Both the position numbers and the translations under genes were made by a program. A DNA stretch of 64,000 nucleotides from an uncultured Mycoplasmatota bacterium (GTDB taxonomy: Bacteria; Bacillota_I; Bacilli_A; RF39; UBA660): NCBI GenBank assembly GCA_900546055.1, contig URBG01000002.1, forward strand, positions 14,347-78,346. Direction: 5' to 3'. Below, one piece after another: positions 8,574 to 17,439 of this stretch (its first letter is position 1; every line of letters begins with the position of its first letter). The notes beneath the pieces are model-generated. The model ran no database searches. It saw only the letters and a program-made list of their open reading frames with translations, and was not told the origin of the DNA.

Positions 8574-10298
8574 TCATTTTAAACTGATATGTAGTTCATC
8601 TAATTGTCTTTCTGAAACTTCATTAGGTGCCTCACTCATTAAATCAGAAGCACTAGTTGTTTTTGGAAAAGCAATAACATCACGAATGTTCTCAGTACCA
8701 CATAAGATCATTGTAAGTCTTTCTAAGCCTAAAGCTAACCCACCGTGAGGCGGAGCTCCTAACGTTAAAGCATCAAGTAAAAATCCAAATTGTTTTGAAG
8801 CTTGCTCTTTACTAAAGCCTAAAGACTCCAATACCTTTTCTTGAACCTCTGGTGAATGAATTCTGATACTGCCACCACCAACTTCGTAGCCATTTAAAAC
8901 AACATCATAAGCACGAGCTAATGCGTGTTTTTTATCTGCTAAATCATCGGGACTTGCTGGCGAAGTAAATGGATGATGACAAGCGATATATCTTTCTTCT
9001 TCCTCACTATATTCAAACATTGGAAAATCAGTAACCCAAAGGAAATTATATTTATCTTTTGGAATTAAATTTAAATCTCTACCAAGCTTCAATCTTAATT
9101 CTCCTAAAGCTGTTTTAACCATTGATTTATCTCCAGCAATGATAAAGATTAAATCATTGTTTTCTAAAGACAAAGATTCTTTTAAAGATAAAGAAATTTC
9201 TTCAGTAACAAATTTAGCTATACTACCAGTAAATTCTTCATTATATTTCAAGAAAGCTAAAGCGTTTGCTCTATAAATCTTTACAAACTCTGTTAACTTA
9301 TCAATATCTTTCCTAGAATACTTGTCTGCAGCATTTTTAACTACTAAGCAGTTAATTACCCCATTATTATTAATAACTTCTTTAAACACCGTAAAATCAG
9401 TATTTTCAAAAGCCTTAGTTATATCACAAATTGGCATTTCAAATCTAGTATCTGGTTTATCACTTCCATAAAGGTCCATTGCCATTTCATAAGTCATTCT
9501 TTTAAATGGTAAGTTAACTGAAATGCCCTTTACATCATAAAATATTTTTGCAAGTAAACCTTCAGTTAATGACATTACATCATTTTCATTTACAAAACTC
9601 ATTTCTAAGTCTATTTGTGTAAACTCCGGTTGTCTATCAGCTCTTAAATCCTCATCACGGAAACATCTTGCAATTTGATAATACCTTTCAAAACCAGAAA
9701 TCATAAGCAATTGTTTAAATAATTGTGGTGACTGTGGAAGAGCATAAAAAGATCCACGGTTAACCCTAGAAGGAACCAAATAATCACGTGCTCCTTCAGG
9801 TGTTGACTTACATAAAATAGGAGTTTCCATTTCAATGAATTCATTATCATTTAAATAATTTCGCGTACTCTGCATTATTTTATGTTTGGTTATTAAATTA
9901 TTTTTTAACTCTTCTCTTCTTAAATCCAAATAACGATATTTTAATCTCGTATCTTCCAAAGCCGTTGTATTGTTTAAATCAAAAGGTAAATCCGAACATT
10001 CATTTAATATTTCTATTTCTGATACTTCAACTTCTATTTCACCAGTTTTTAAATTTGGATTAGATGTTTGCCTCTTAACAACATTACCAGTAGCTTCGAT
10101 AACAAATTCACTTTTTAATGTCATGGCTATTTCATAAGCTGGACTCTCTGGATTAATTACAAGTTGAATAATACCACTTCTATCACGCAAATCGATAAAA
10201 ACCAAGCCACCTAAATTACGTTTTTTAGCAACCCAACCTTTTAAAGTTACTGTTTCTTCAACGTTTCCAATATTAATATTTGCATTGTTAACTTTCAT
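8574..10298 (-). CDS. aspS: Aspartate--tRNA ligase
   Basis: Class II aaRS motifs (FRDEDLRADRQPEFTQID, GGGSIRIH, GLALGLERL) and an OB-fold N-terminus. The ATG at 10298 follows GGTGAGGAA and abuts the hisS stop. Confidence 0.95.
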   Translation of the reverse strand: MKVNNANINIGNVEETVTLKGWVAKKRNLGGLVFIDLRDRSGIIQLVINPESPAYEIAMTLKSEFVIEATGNVVKRQTSNPNLKTGEIEVEVSEIEILNECSDLPFDLNNTTALEDTRLKYRYLDLRREELKNNLITKHKIMQSTRNYLNDNEFIEMETPILCKSTPEGARDYLVPSRVNRGSFYALPQSPQLFKQLLMISGFERYYQIARCFRDEDLRADRQPEFTQIDLEMSFVNENDVMSLTEGLLAKIFYDVKGISVNLPFKRMTYEMAMDLYGSDKPDTRFEMPICDITKAFENTDFTVFKEVINNNGVINCLVVKNAADKYSRKDIDKLTEFVKIYRANALAFLKYNEEFTGSIAKFVTEEISLSLKESLSLENNDLIFIIAGDKSMVKTALGELRLKLGRDLNLIPKDKYNFLWVTDFPMFEYSEEEERYIACHHPFTSPASPDDLADKKHALARAYDVVLNGYEVGGGSIRIHSPEVQEKVLESLGFSKEQASKQFGFLLDALTLGAPPHGGLALGLERLTMILCGTENIRDVIAFPKTTSASDLMSEAPNEVSERQLDELHISLK

Positions 10299-10299
10299 A

Positions 10300-11571
10300 C
10301 TATTCCTCACCTATTTTTATATCTAAAAATTCTATTAAATTTTCTATTTCAATTTTATACTCTTCTTTTGTTGCATTACTTTTTAAAGTAACAATATTAT
10401 TTTTAACCTCGTCTTCACCAACAATCATTACAAATTTAGCGCCCAACTTCTCTGAGTGTTTAAAATTATTTTTCATATTACGACCCAAATAATCCATATC
10501 GACATTAAATCCGTTTAATCTTAAATTATTGACTAATGACATTACATAAGCTCGTTCATTTTCTGAATAAGCAATTGCATAAATATCTAAAGCTTCTTCG
10601 TCTTCTATGCTTATTCCTTCAGCTTGTAAAGCCAATAATAATCTTTCAATCCCAATTGCAAAACCAACACCTGGAGTACTTGGTCCTCCCACGGTTTCAA
10701 CTAAATTATCATATCTTCCACCAGCACCCAAAACATTTTGACTGCCAAAATCTTTGATATCAGCCTCAACTTCAAATACAGTATGAGTATAATAGTCTAA
10801 TCCGCGCACAAGCTTATCATCAACTATATATTCAATCCCCATTGCCTCTAAATAAGATTTTACTTTTTCAAAATGTTGTTTACTATTTTCATTCAAATAG
10901 TCTGTCATTTTTGGTGCCTTTTTCATAATTTCATTATTGCTATCAATTTTACAATCCAAAATACGAAGTGGATTTTTTTCATAACGGTTTTGACAATCTT
11001 CACATAAATCCTTCACATAAGGTTTAAAATAATCGAGTAAAGCCTCACGATAATTCACACGCGATTCCATATCGCCTAGTGTATTTATATTAACTTTAAT
11101 CCCTTTCAAGCCTAAAAGACCAAACAAATTAACGATAATACTAATAACCTCAGCATCCATAATTGGATCATCACTACCAAATGTTTCAACACCAAATTGT
11201 GTAAATTCACGGTTACGGCCTGATTGTGGTCTTTCATACCTAAACATTGAGCCAAAATACCAAGCCTTAAGCGGCATTGAACCTGCATATAATTTATTTT
11301 CAATAAAACAACGAACAAGACCTGCAGTCCCCTCTGGTCTTAAAGTCATATTTCGCTTACCACGATCTATAAAATCATAAGTTTCTTTACTTACAATATC
11401 AGTAGTCTCTCCTACGCCACGGTGAAATAATTCACTTGCCTCAAAAATTGGTGTTTGAAAATATTTATAATTATATTTATCCATTAATGCTTGAATTAAT
11501 TTTCGCAAATATAAAACTTGACGAGCATTTTCTCCATATATATCATAAGTTCCTTTAGGTTTTTGTATCAT
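10300..11571 (-). CDS. hisS: Histidine--tRNA ligase
   Basis: Class II HisRS motifs (MTLRPEGTAGLVR, FRYERPQSGRNREFTQFG, GGRYDNL). hisS-aspS order as in Bacillus. Confidence 0.95.
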   Translation of the reverse strand: MIQKPKGTYDIYGENARQVLYLRKLIQALMDKYNYKYFQTPIFEASELFHRGVGETTDIVSKETYDFIDRGKRNMTLRPEGTAGLVRCFIENKLYAGSMPLKAWYFGSMFRYERPQSGRNREFTQFGVETFGSDDPIMDAEVISIIVNLFGLLGLKGIKVNINTLGDMESRVNYREALLDYFKPYVKDLCEDCQNRYEKNPLRILDCKIDSNNEIMKKAPKMTDYLNENSKQHFEKVKSYLEAMGIEYIVDDKLVRGLDYYTHTVFEVEADIKDFGSQNVLGAGGRYDNLVETVGGPSTPGVGFAIGIERLLLALQAEGISIEDEEALDIYAIAYSENERAYVMSLVNNLRLNGFNVDMDYLGRNMKNNFKHSEKLGAKFVMIVGEDEVKNNIVTLKSNATKEEYKIEIENLIEFLDIKIGEE

Positions 11572-11597
11572 TTTATCTCTCCTTACGTCTATTTAAA

Positions 11598-11626
11598 ATT
11601 ATATGTGTTTTTAGCTTAAAAGTCAA
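11598..11626 (-). promoter_or_regulatory. Sigma-A type promoter of hisS-aspS
   Basis: Minus strand reads TTGACT (11621-11626), a 17-nt spacer, then TATAAT (11598-11603). This lies only about 25 nt upstream of the hisS ATG. Confidence 0.7.
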
Positions 11627-11638
11627 TGTAAGACATTG

Positions 11639-11664
11639 AAAAAGTCAAGTAAACCTTGACTTTT
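11639..11664 (-). terminator. Rho-independent terminator of the 571aa-DUF1292-529aa operon
   Basis: AAAAGTCAAG-GTTTA-CTTGACTTTTT on the minus strand, starting 2 nt after the stop at 11666. Confidence 0.75.
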
Positions 11665-11665
11665 A

Positions 11666-13255
11666 TTATCTACTTCTTCCAGTTGAAACAGTTTGTTGTT
11701 GTCCTTGTCCAAAAATGTATTGTGTCTTTGGCATAGCTTGTGCAGCTTCCAAAGGACCGCCATCATTTTCAGGATGTACGAAAACGTCTAAACCATATAA
11801 ATCTTTTCCTGGAAGGCTTTCAAGACTAGCGCGGGCTGCCTTTTCTTCAGGTGTCATTACACGTGTTGGATCTGAACTGCTATCTACAGCATAGTCAGCT
11901 TCTTCAGGCTCAAAGTCTGAAAATGGATCATCAAGGTCAGTCATCTTATCTTCATTAGAAGAATCATTAATCGGTTCTGGTTCTAAATCAGTGTCCGGAA
12001 CTTTATCACCTTTATTTAATTCTTCATCCGAAATTACATCTGGTTTAATGGCCCTATTATAATTATCAAAAATAGGTTGAACATCCATATTATAAATGTC
12101 TCTCTGTTCAGTTTGCGCTACATGGAATTGGAATTGACCTAACGTAGCATTATCAGGTATTTTTTCTGACTTAACCGCTTCTTCATAAGCTGTAACACCT
12201 CTTGTTTGATCAAACTTTTCAAATTTATCTTTATTAACTGGATCAGTAGCTATTCTAATAGCTTCCTCATCTGAACATCCACTAAGTTTCATTAAATCAA
12301 TATATGCTTGCATATTAGGCGTAATTTCTACATCAGGCATCGGTTCTGGCTTCGGATCTGGAATAACATCAGGAACTTGGTTGCCTTTATTTATATCATC
12401 TGGAATTGGTTCTGGTTCAGGCATTTTTGGTTCTACTAAATCATGAGTTTTAGGTTGCTCCGAAGTTTTTTCTTTTTTAGGCTGAGTTGGAGCAATAATT
12501 TCTTCAGTAGGCACCTTAGCTAACTTAATTTCCTTATATTTTTTATAAAAAGCTGTTAAATCTTCTGCTTTATGGTCGTGTCTAATAGTAAAAGGTTCAT
12601 TATCAATTAAACAATACACGCCACCACCAGGCAATGCTCTCTTAGGAACGTTTCCCAAACATTTAATAATAGCTTGTACGTAACTACCTCTAGCAATTTC
12701 TTCCCTTTTTTGCAAATATTCTAAATTGTTAGTGTAATATGTTGACCATAATTCAGCTTGTTTAGCCAAATCATCATATGAAATTTCTCCAGCATTTTTC
12801 ATTAAATCTTCCTTAAATGCAAGATACTCATCCCTAGAATCAATAACCTTCACACCAGCTTCTTGAATTTCTTCAAATGTTACAGCAGTATCTTTTGTAT
12901 TATTAGGATTTTCTTGTGCCATCTTTTTATCAAAATCACTTTCAAATTTCTTCGAACCTTCAAGTTTGACACGTTTGCCTTCTTTTTGAGCCTTTTTTAA
13001 AATCCTTGATAATTTCTTTTGTTTGACAAAACTTATTGCTTTACCAACCAATGGTATACTACTAGTAACACCATATTTTTTAGTCATTTCTTTCAATTCG
13101 CCAGCAATTTTTAAATTGTAGTTACTAAGTTCATCATAAAGATCATTTATTGTCTCATATGGCAAGCTGGCTAAAAACAATGCATTATTAGAACACTCTA
13201 TTGCCTTTTTATCAAATTCATCATTTGTTCCTTGGTTTTGATTCACATCTGCCAT
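11666..13255 (-). CDS. Hypothetical acidic protein with Pro-rich linkers and no signal peptide
   Basis: 529 aa with no TM or signal sequence. It has two copies of a motif shared with the 571-aa neighbour (IPDDINKGNQVPDVIPDPKPEP and ISDEELNKGDKVPDTDLEPEP) and a shared C-terminal AMPKT..GQGQ..basic tail. Confidence 0.6.
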   Translation of the reverse strand: MADVNQNQGTNDEFDKKAIECSNNALFLASLPYETINDLYDELSNYNLKIAGELKEMTKKYGVTSSIPLVGKAISFVKQKKLSRILKKAQKEGKRVKLEGSKKFESDFDKKMAQENPNNTKDTAVTFEEIQEAGVKVIDSRDEYLAFKEDLMKNAGEISYDDLAKQAELWSTYYTNNLEYLQKREEIARGSYVQAIIKCLGNVPKRALPGGGVYCLIDNEPFTIRHDHKAEDLTAFYKKYKEIKLAKVPTEEIIAPTQPKKEKTSEQPKTHDLVEPKMPEPEPIPDDINKGNQVPDVIPDPKPEPMPDVEITPNMQAYIDLMKLSGCSDEEAIRIATDPVNKDKFEKFDQTRGVTAYEEAVKSEKIPDNATLGQFQFHVAQTEQRDIYNMDVQPIFDNYNRAIKPDVISDEELNKGDKVPDTDLEPEPINDSSNEDKMTDLDDPFSDFEPEEADYAVDSSSDPTRVMTPEEKAARASLESLPGKDLYGLDVFVHPENDGGPLEAAQAMPKTQYIFGQGQQQTVSTGRSR

Positions 13256-13258
13256 AAG

Positions 13259-13510
13259 TTACACCTCTTCTTTACCTTCATTAAATACTTCCATAATCAA
13301 TTGGATTTCTTCATCGGTTATATCGTCTAAAATAAGTTCATCCTTAGTTTCAACAAGCGAAGACGCATAAACATCCTCTTCGCCATCATAACTATATAAA
13401 ACATATATCTTACCATTACCAAGTTCAAAACAATTCAATATTTCAATAGATGTTTCTTTGCCATCTTTTGTTACACTAACTACCTCTTTTTTATTCTCCA
13501 TAATTACCAT
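13259..13510 (-). CDS. DUF1292-family small acidic protein
   Basis: 83 aa. The pattern EILNCFELGNGKIYVLYS...DELILDDITDEEIQLIMEVF matches my recollection of the DUF1292 (YrzB-like) family. Confidence 0.55.
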   Translation of the reverse strand: MVIMENKKEVVSVTKDGKETSIEILNCFELGNGKIYVLYSYDGEEDVYASSLVETKDELILDDITDEEIQLIMEVFNEGKEEV

Positions 13511-13515
13511 ACTTT

Positions 13516-15231
13516 CTATCTTCTAGTTCTAACTTTAGCGCTAGACTGATCTGAATACTGTTTAAAAAATTCTGATGCTTCATTTAAACAAACTTCTTGA
13601 TTATTTATAAAATTCATACCATCAACTGTTTGAAAAGCCACTCCATCGTAAAGATTTGAAGTCTGACCTTGTCCCATCTTATGTTTTGCATACAAAGCTG
13701 CAGCTGGTCCACCAGTAGCTAAAGCTCCAAGAGCACCAACAAGCATTAGATTAGAATCTCCTGTTTGTGGCATTGCGCCCTCTTGTTGAGGTGCAGGTTG
13801 AGGAGTCGTAGGGGTAGGCACTGGTGTTGGCTCGGGAGTTGGTTCTGGATCTGGGTCCGGAGTTGGTTCTGGATCTGGGTCCGGAGTTGGTTCTGGATCA
13901 GGAGTCGGTTCAGGAGTTTTATCTCCTTTGTTCGCCTCATCATCAGGAATAGTATCAGGATCAGGTCTTTGACTCTGATCAAGTTCAAAACCCTCAGCTG
14001 TATTTACAACATGGAAAGCCGCTAAGCCATCGCTTTTGAAAGTTAATTTTCCATCGGCATCTCTAAACACATCAAATCCACCTGCAACAGTATCAACATG
14101 ATTCTCACCATCTTTAAAACCTAATATATACTGAATTTCTGGAGTAATTCCATTTTTAATCCACTCATCTGGCCAAGTAGAACTATCTTTTGGATTATAT
14201 GGAATTTTCCCTTCATCAAATAAACCTTGAAATAATTGTTCTTTACTAGTTTCACTCAAACCAGCATAAGGTGTTGAAACAACATAAGCTTGTCCATCAG
14301 GTGTATAAATTACAATTGAAGTAGTATTCCCTTCAGTAGTAGGAGGCGTATAAACCCATTCAGCCTCTTCGCCTTCCTTAACGTCAAATCCTTTTTCATC
14401 ACCTAATTGTGACATATCTATAACATTTTTATCTTCATTATTATCTGCATTTCCATTTTGTTCATTATTGTTTTGATCATCTTTTTCATCACTAGGTTGA
14501 TCAGCAGGTGTTCCATCCTCAACACCATCTACTTTTCCATCTACAGTAACACCATCTACAGTATTAGTATTATCTGTTGATAATGCAGCTGCTTCTTGTC
14601 CACTATTTGTTTTTTCATCAGAAGTTTTAGAATCATCGGCTGTTGAATTAGTAACTTCTTCACCACTAGTTGTCTTATTATCTACTCCTGGCTCTGAAAT
14701 ATCATTAGAACCTTGAGTATTCTCGTTTGCATTCCCAGTACTTGGTTCAGTCCCTACTGTTGGTTCTGTTGACTCCATAGTTGGCTCTGTAGCATCAACC
14801 ACAGGTTCAGTTGCAGCTGGAACTTCATTTTGATTAGACTCTAATACATTAGAAACGTCAGTAGCAGCCACCTGAGTAACTGTTACATTTTCTAAGTTAT
14901 TAGCAGATGTAACATCATCAGGATTAGGTGCCATACTAGCCCCATCAACTTCAGCAGCATATGCACTATCAGCATGAGCTAAAACAAAACCAGCTCCTGT
15001 AGCAAGACCAATAATACCACCTACAGTTAACATTACCCCTTTACGTTTTGCCATTCCAACAATCATACGTGCCGCTGGATTGTTATCCATAAAGTTCTTA
15101 TATTTTCTATAAGAGTCGTTCGTAACTACACGACTAGTAATTTTAGCCACTCTGTCATAATAGTTACGCTTTAACAATCTCAAGCCACCTATTTTATATT
15201 CAAATGGTGAATTCATAATATTTTCATTCAT
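13516..15231 (-). CDS. Hypothetical two-TM surface protein with acidic low-complexity region and (PDPDPEPT)n stalk
   Basis: 571 aa. Layout: a basic N-terminus of about 60 aa, TM1 (VMLTVGGIIGLATGAGFVLA), Thr/Asp/Asn/Glu-rich low complexity, a folded region, a Pro-rich repeat, then MPQTGD + hydrophobic segment + KHK, and finally 57 more residues. Confidence 0.6.
   Translation of the reverse strand: MNENIMNSPFEYKIGGLRLLKRNYYDRVAKITSRVVTNDSYRKYKNFMDNNPAARMIVGMAKRKGVMLTVGGIIGLATGAGFVLAHADSAYAAEVDGASMAPNPDDVTSANNLENVTVTQVAATDVSNVLESNQNEVPAATEPVVDATEPTMESTEPTVGTEPSTGNANENTQGSNDISEPGVDNKTTSGEEVTNSTADDSKTSDEKTNSGQEAAALSTDNTNTVDGVTVDGKVDGVEDGTPADQPSDEKDDQNNNEQNGNADNNEDKNVIDMSQLGDEKGFDVKEGEEAEWVYTPPTTEGNTTSIVIYTPDGQAYVVSTPYAGLSETSKEQLFQGLFDEGKIPYNPKDSSTWPDEWIKNGITPEIQYILGFKDGENHVDTVAGGFDVFRDADGKLTFKSDGLAAFHVVNTAEGFELDQSQRPDPDTIPDDEANKGDKTPEPTPDPEPTPDPDPEPTPDPDPEPTPEPTPVPTPTTPQPAPQQEGAMPQTGDSNLMLVGALGALATGGPAAALYAKHKMGQGQTSNLYDGVAFQTVDGMNFINNQEVCLNEASEFFKQYSDQSSAKVRTRR
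13837..13899. repeat. 24-bp tandem repeat, about 2.6 copies, inside the coding sequence
   Basis: AGTTGGTTCTGGATCTGGGTCCGG occurs at 13837-13860 and again at 13861-13884, then a 15-nt partial copy. It encodes PDPDPEPT repeats on the minus strand. Confidence 0.9.
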
Positions 15232-15303
15232 ATTTCATCTCTCCTCCTTAAAAGGAATTTCTCAAAATTTCTATTGAGAATAGTCCCCCTTTATATGCCG
15301 GTT

Positions 15304-15332
15304 ATAATACCACAAAACCTAAATTTTGTCAA
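15304..15332 (-). promoter_or_regulatory. Sigma-A type promoter of the three-gene operon
   Basis: Minus strand reads TTGACA (15327-15332), a 17-nt spacer, then TATTAT (15304-15309). The 5' UTR of about 65 nt contains the hairpin TTCTCAA-N7-TTGAGAA and a strong AAGGAGGAGAG RBS. Confidence 0.65.
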
Positions 15333-15439
15333 ATAGCAACACTAGTTATTTGGCCTTATAAATAAAGGCTGTTATAAGAAGACTATTTTTCAAATAATGC
15401 CACAATTTATTGCATTAATTTTACAAACACATTTTAAGC

Positions 15440-15470
15440 AAAAAGACCTAATAATTATAATGGCCTTTTT
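15440..15470 (-). terminator. Terminator after the thioester adhesin gene
   Basis: AAAAAGGCC-N13-AGGTCTTTTT hairpin (one G-U pair), 4 nt after the stop at 15474. Confidence 0.6.
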
Positions 15471-15473
15471 CGT

Positions 15474-16505
15474 TTAATGTTGTTTTTGATGTCTACGGCT
15501 TGTATATAAAATAATACCAATTCCTGCAGCTATAGCTAAAATTCCAACACCTACAGACCAGAAAATAATGTTCGCACTTGTATTAGGAACCTCAACTTCC
15601 TCCGGAGTATCTCCACCTGTTATAGAAAGTGACGTAGCATCTTCAACGTTAACAGTATCATCATATAATCCTGCTACTCTTTGATAAGTAGTATCACTTG
15701 GTTTATAAATTTTTGCTTTTTGAATTACTCCAGACGCTTTAGTTTTAACAGTTATTTTAGCAGTATCAGTAAGTTCAGCAGCTGGAACTCTAACTTTAAA
15801 TCTTTCAGAAGAATTAAATGTTGTTCCAATATTACCTTTTTCATTTACCACTACAGTGTTTTTAGTACCACCAGTAACCTCTACGTTATATGTTTTAGAT
15901 CCTGTTACAGTTGCTGACATATATGGTGATTCATAATATTTACCATCATCAGTTAAACTAAATGTATTACCAGCTGTATTAAGCTTTATTGTAGGTTTAG
16001 TTTGCGTATCTTTAGCAGCTTTAGCTTTAGCTACCATTGGTTTAATATAGTTTGGAACTAATTCATATGAATCAGTTTCTGAAGTAGCATTTTTGAAAAT
16101 GTCTGAAAATTTTCCAGCTTGCCCAGTTTCATCCATATACCACCAAACTGCTGCTTGTGTAATATACATATCAATTTCATCATTACCAGTTATTTGTTTA
16201 TTAGGATAACCGTTTTGTAAAATGTATAAAAGCCCAGCATCTCCATCTTTTGAAAAAGTTGCTGTTTGATTTGTTCTCAAGATTTTTTTATCTGGGTCTA
16301 CACAATAAAGTGTTTTCCCATCAGTAGTTGTAAAAATAACAAATCCATACTTATAATTATTTACTAAATCCTCTAAAGTTTGTGTTCTTTTTACTGTTAT
16401 TGTACTTGGCGCTGCGTCAGCATTACCTAAAGTAAATACAAAAGCAAATGCAATTACTAACATGCATCCAAATACTTTACCTGCATTTTTTAAAAATTTC
16501 TTCAT
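15474..16505 (-). CDS. Thioester-domain (TQXA) surface adhesin with atypical C-terminal sorting signal
   Basis: Signal peptide MKKFLKNAGKVFGCMLVIAFAFVFTLGNADA. Thioester Cys context TLYCVDPDKK and Gln motif ITQAAVWWY (TQxA[IV]W). C-terminus is EVPNTSAN + hydrophobic helix + SRRHQKQH. Start set at M24 of the track ORF, after AAAGGGGGAGAA. Confidence 0.7.
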   Translation of the reverse strand: MKKFLKNAGKVFGCMLVIAFAFVFTLGNADAAPSTITVKRTQTLEDLVNNYKYGFVIFTTTDGKTLYCVDPDKKILRTNQTATFSKDGDAGLLYILQNGYPNKQITGNDEIDMYITQAAVWWYMDETGQAGKFSDIFKNATSETDSYELVPNYIKPMVAKAKAAKDTQTKPTIKLNTAGNTFSLTDDGKYYESPYMSATVTGSKTYNVEVTGGTKNTVVVNEKGNIGTTFNSSERFKVRVPAAELTDTAKITVKTKASGVIQKAKIYKPSDTTYQRVAGLYDDTVNVEDATSLSITGGDTPEEVEVPNTSANIIFWSVGVGILAIAAGIGIILYTSRRHQKQH

Positions 16506-16623
16506 ATTTTCTCCCCCTTTAATAATTAGACAATTATAAAAACCTCTGTTTACAGGAAGATATCCTATCATCAAAATGCATTTTTGTCAAGTTCATATCA
16601 AAAATAATGAAAATATCATGAAA

Positions 16624-17178
16624 TTATGGGATGAAAATAAAATCTTGAATTTCGTTAAATTCATCTTTTAGTATATCCATATAAATAATATCAAAAAACT
16701 TTCCATCGTGATATTGACTAGATCTTCTAACACCAAAAGTTTTAAAACCTAATTTTTTATAAGTCTTAATAGCCCTTTCATTAAACGAAAACACTGTTAA
16801 CATAACATTATTCAAATTTAAAGTATTAAATCCATAATTAAGTAAACATTTTAAAGCTTCACGGCCATATCCTTTATTTTGCTCGTTCTTATCACCAATA
16901 AAAATTGCGAGTGTCGCCGTTCTATTTATTGGATCAATATTATCAAAACCACAATTTCCAATCAACTTATCTGAATCACGTAAAACTATCGCGAATTTAT
17001 GATAATCACGATTCTTCTTAATCCACTCTCTTTCAGATTCTAAATTAATCATTCTGGAAGAACTTAGATTTTCAGCTATTTCTTTATCATTTAACCACTT
17101 TGTATAGATCTCCGCATCATCAATATTTATCGGTGATAAATATAATCTGTCACCTTTTACTTTCTCAAAATACTTCAT
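16624..17178 (-). CDS. GNAT-family N-acetyltransferase (RimJ/RimL-like)
   Basis: 184 aa with the motif-A-like segment QNKGYGREALKCLLNYGF and typical GNAT length. Confidence 0.65.
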   Translation of the reverse strand: MKYFEKVKGDRLYLSPINIDDAEIYTKWLNDKEIAENLSSSRMINLESEREWIKKNRDYHKFAIVLRDSDKLIGNCGFDNIDPINRTATLAIFIGDKNEQNKGYGREALKCLLNYGFNTLNLNNVMLTVFSFNERAIKTYKKLGFKTFGVRRSSQYHDGKFFDIIYMDILKDEFNEIQDFIFIP

Positions 17179-17211
17179 AATTACCTCCTATGAAAAAAGG
17201 CCGCAAAATTC

Positions 17212-17415
17212 TTACATAGCCTTTTTTGAAAATTTATATTTTTTGCCATTATCATATGTTTCATCATCTAATAAAACATAAACTACGTCATCATCGTCAC
17301 CTTCAGCAAAACAAACTTTACGGCTTCTAATAAATTTATATGCCGCTAATGCTGTCAAAGCTGCAACTCCTACACCAATACCTACACCAATCATTATTTT
17401 CTTTTTTGTATCCAT
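17212..17415 (-). CDS. Small membrane protein, hypothetical
   Basis: 67 aa. Gly/Val-rich N-terminal TM helix (IMIGVGIGVGVAALTALAAY) and an acidic tail. Confidence 0.4.
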   Translation of the reverse strand: MDTKKKIMIGVGIGVGVAALTALAAYKFIRSRKVCFAEGDDDDVVYVLLDDETYDNGKKYKFSKKAM

Positions 17416-17439
17416 AATTATTATCTCCTTTATTATTTC

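Noticed and set aside
13837-13899. Possible CRISPR-like or regulatory repeat array
   Set aside because: The copies are directly adjacent with no spacers, are in frame, and lie inside a coding region (PDPDPEPT). No cas genes or spaced repeats occur anywhere in the window.
13746-14025. Two track ORFs (13746-13988 minus, 13765-14025 plus) overlapping the 571-aa gene
   Set aside because: Both are alternative-frame or antisense readings of the Pro-rich 24-bp repeat. They give low-complexity RSWFWI or IQNQLRTQ strings with no RBS. They are artefacts of the repeat.
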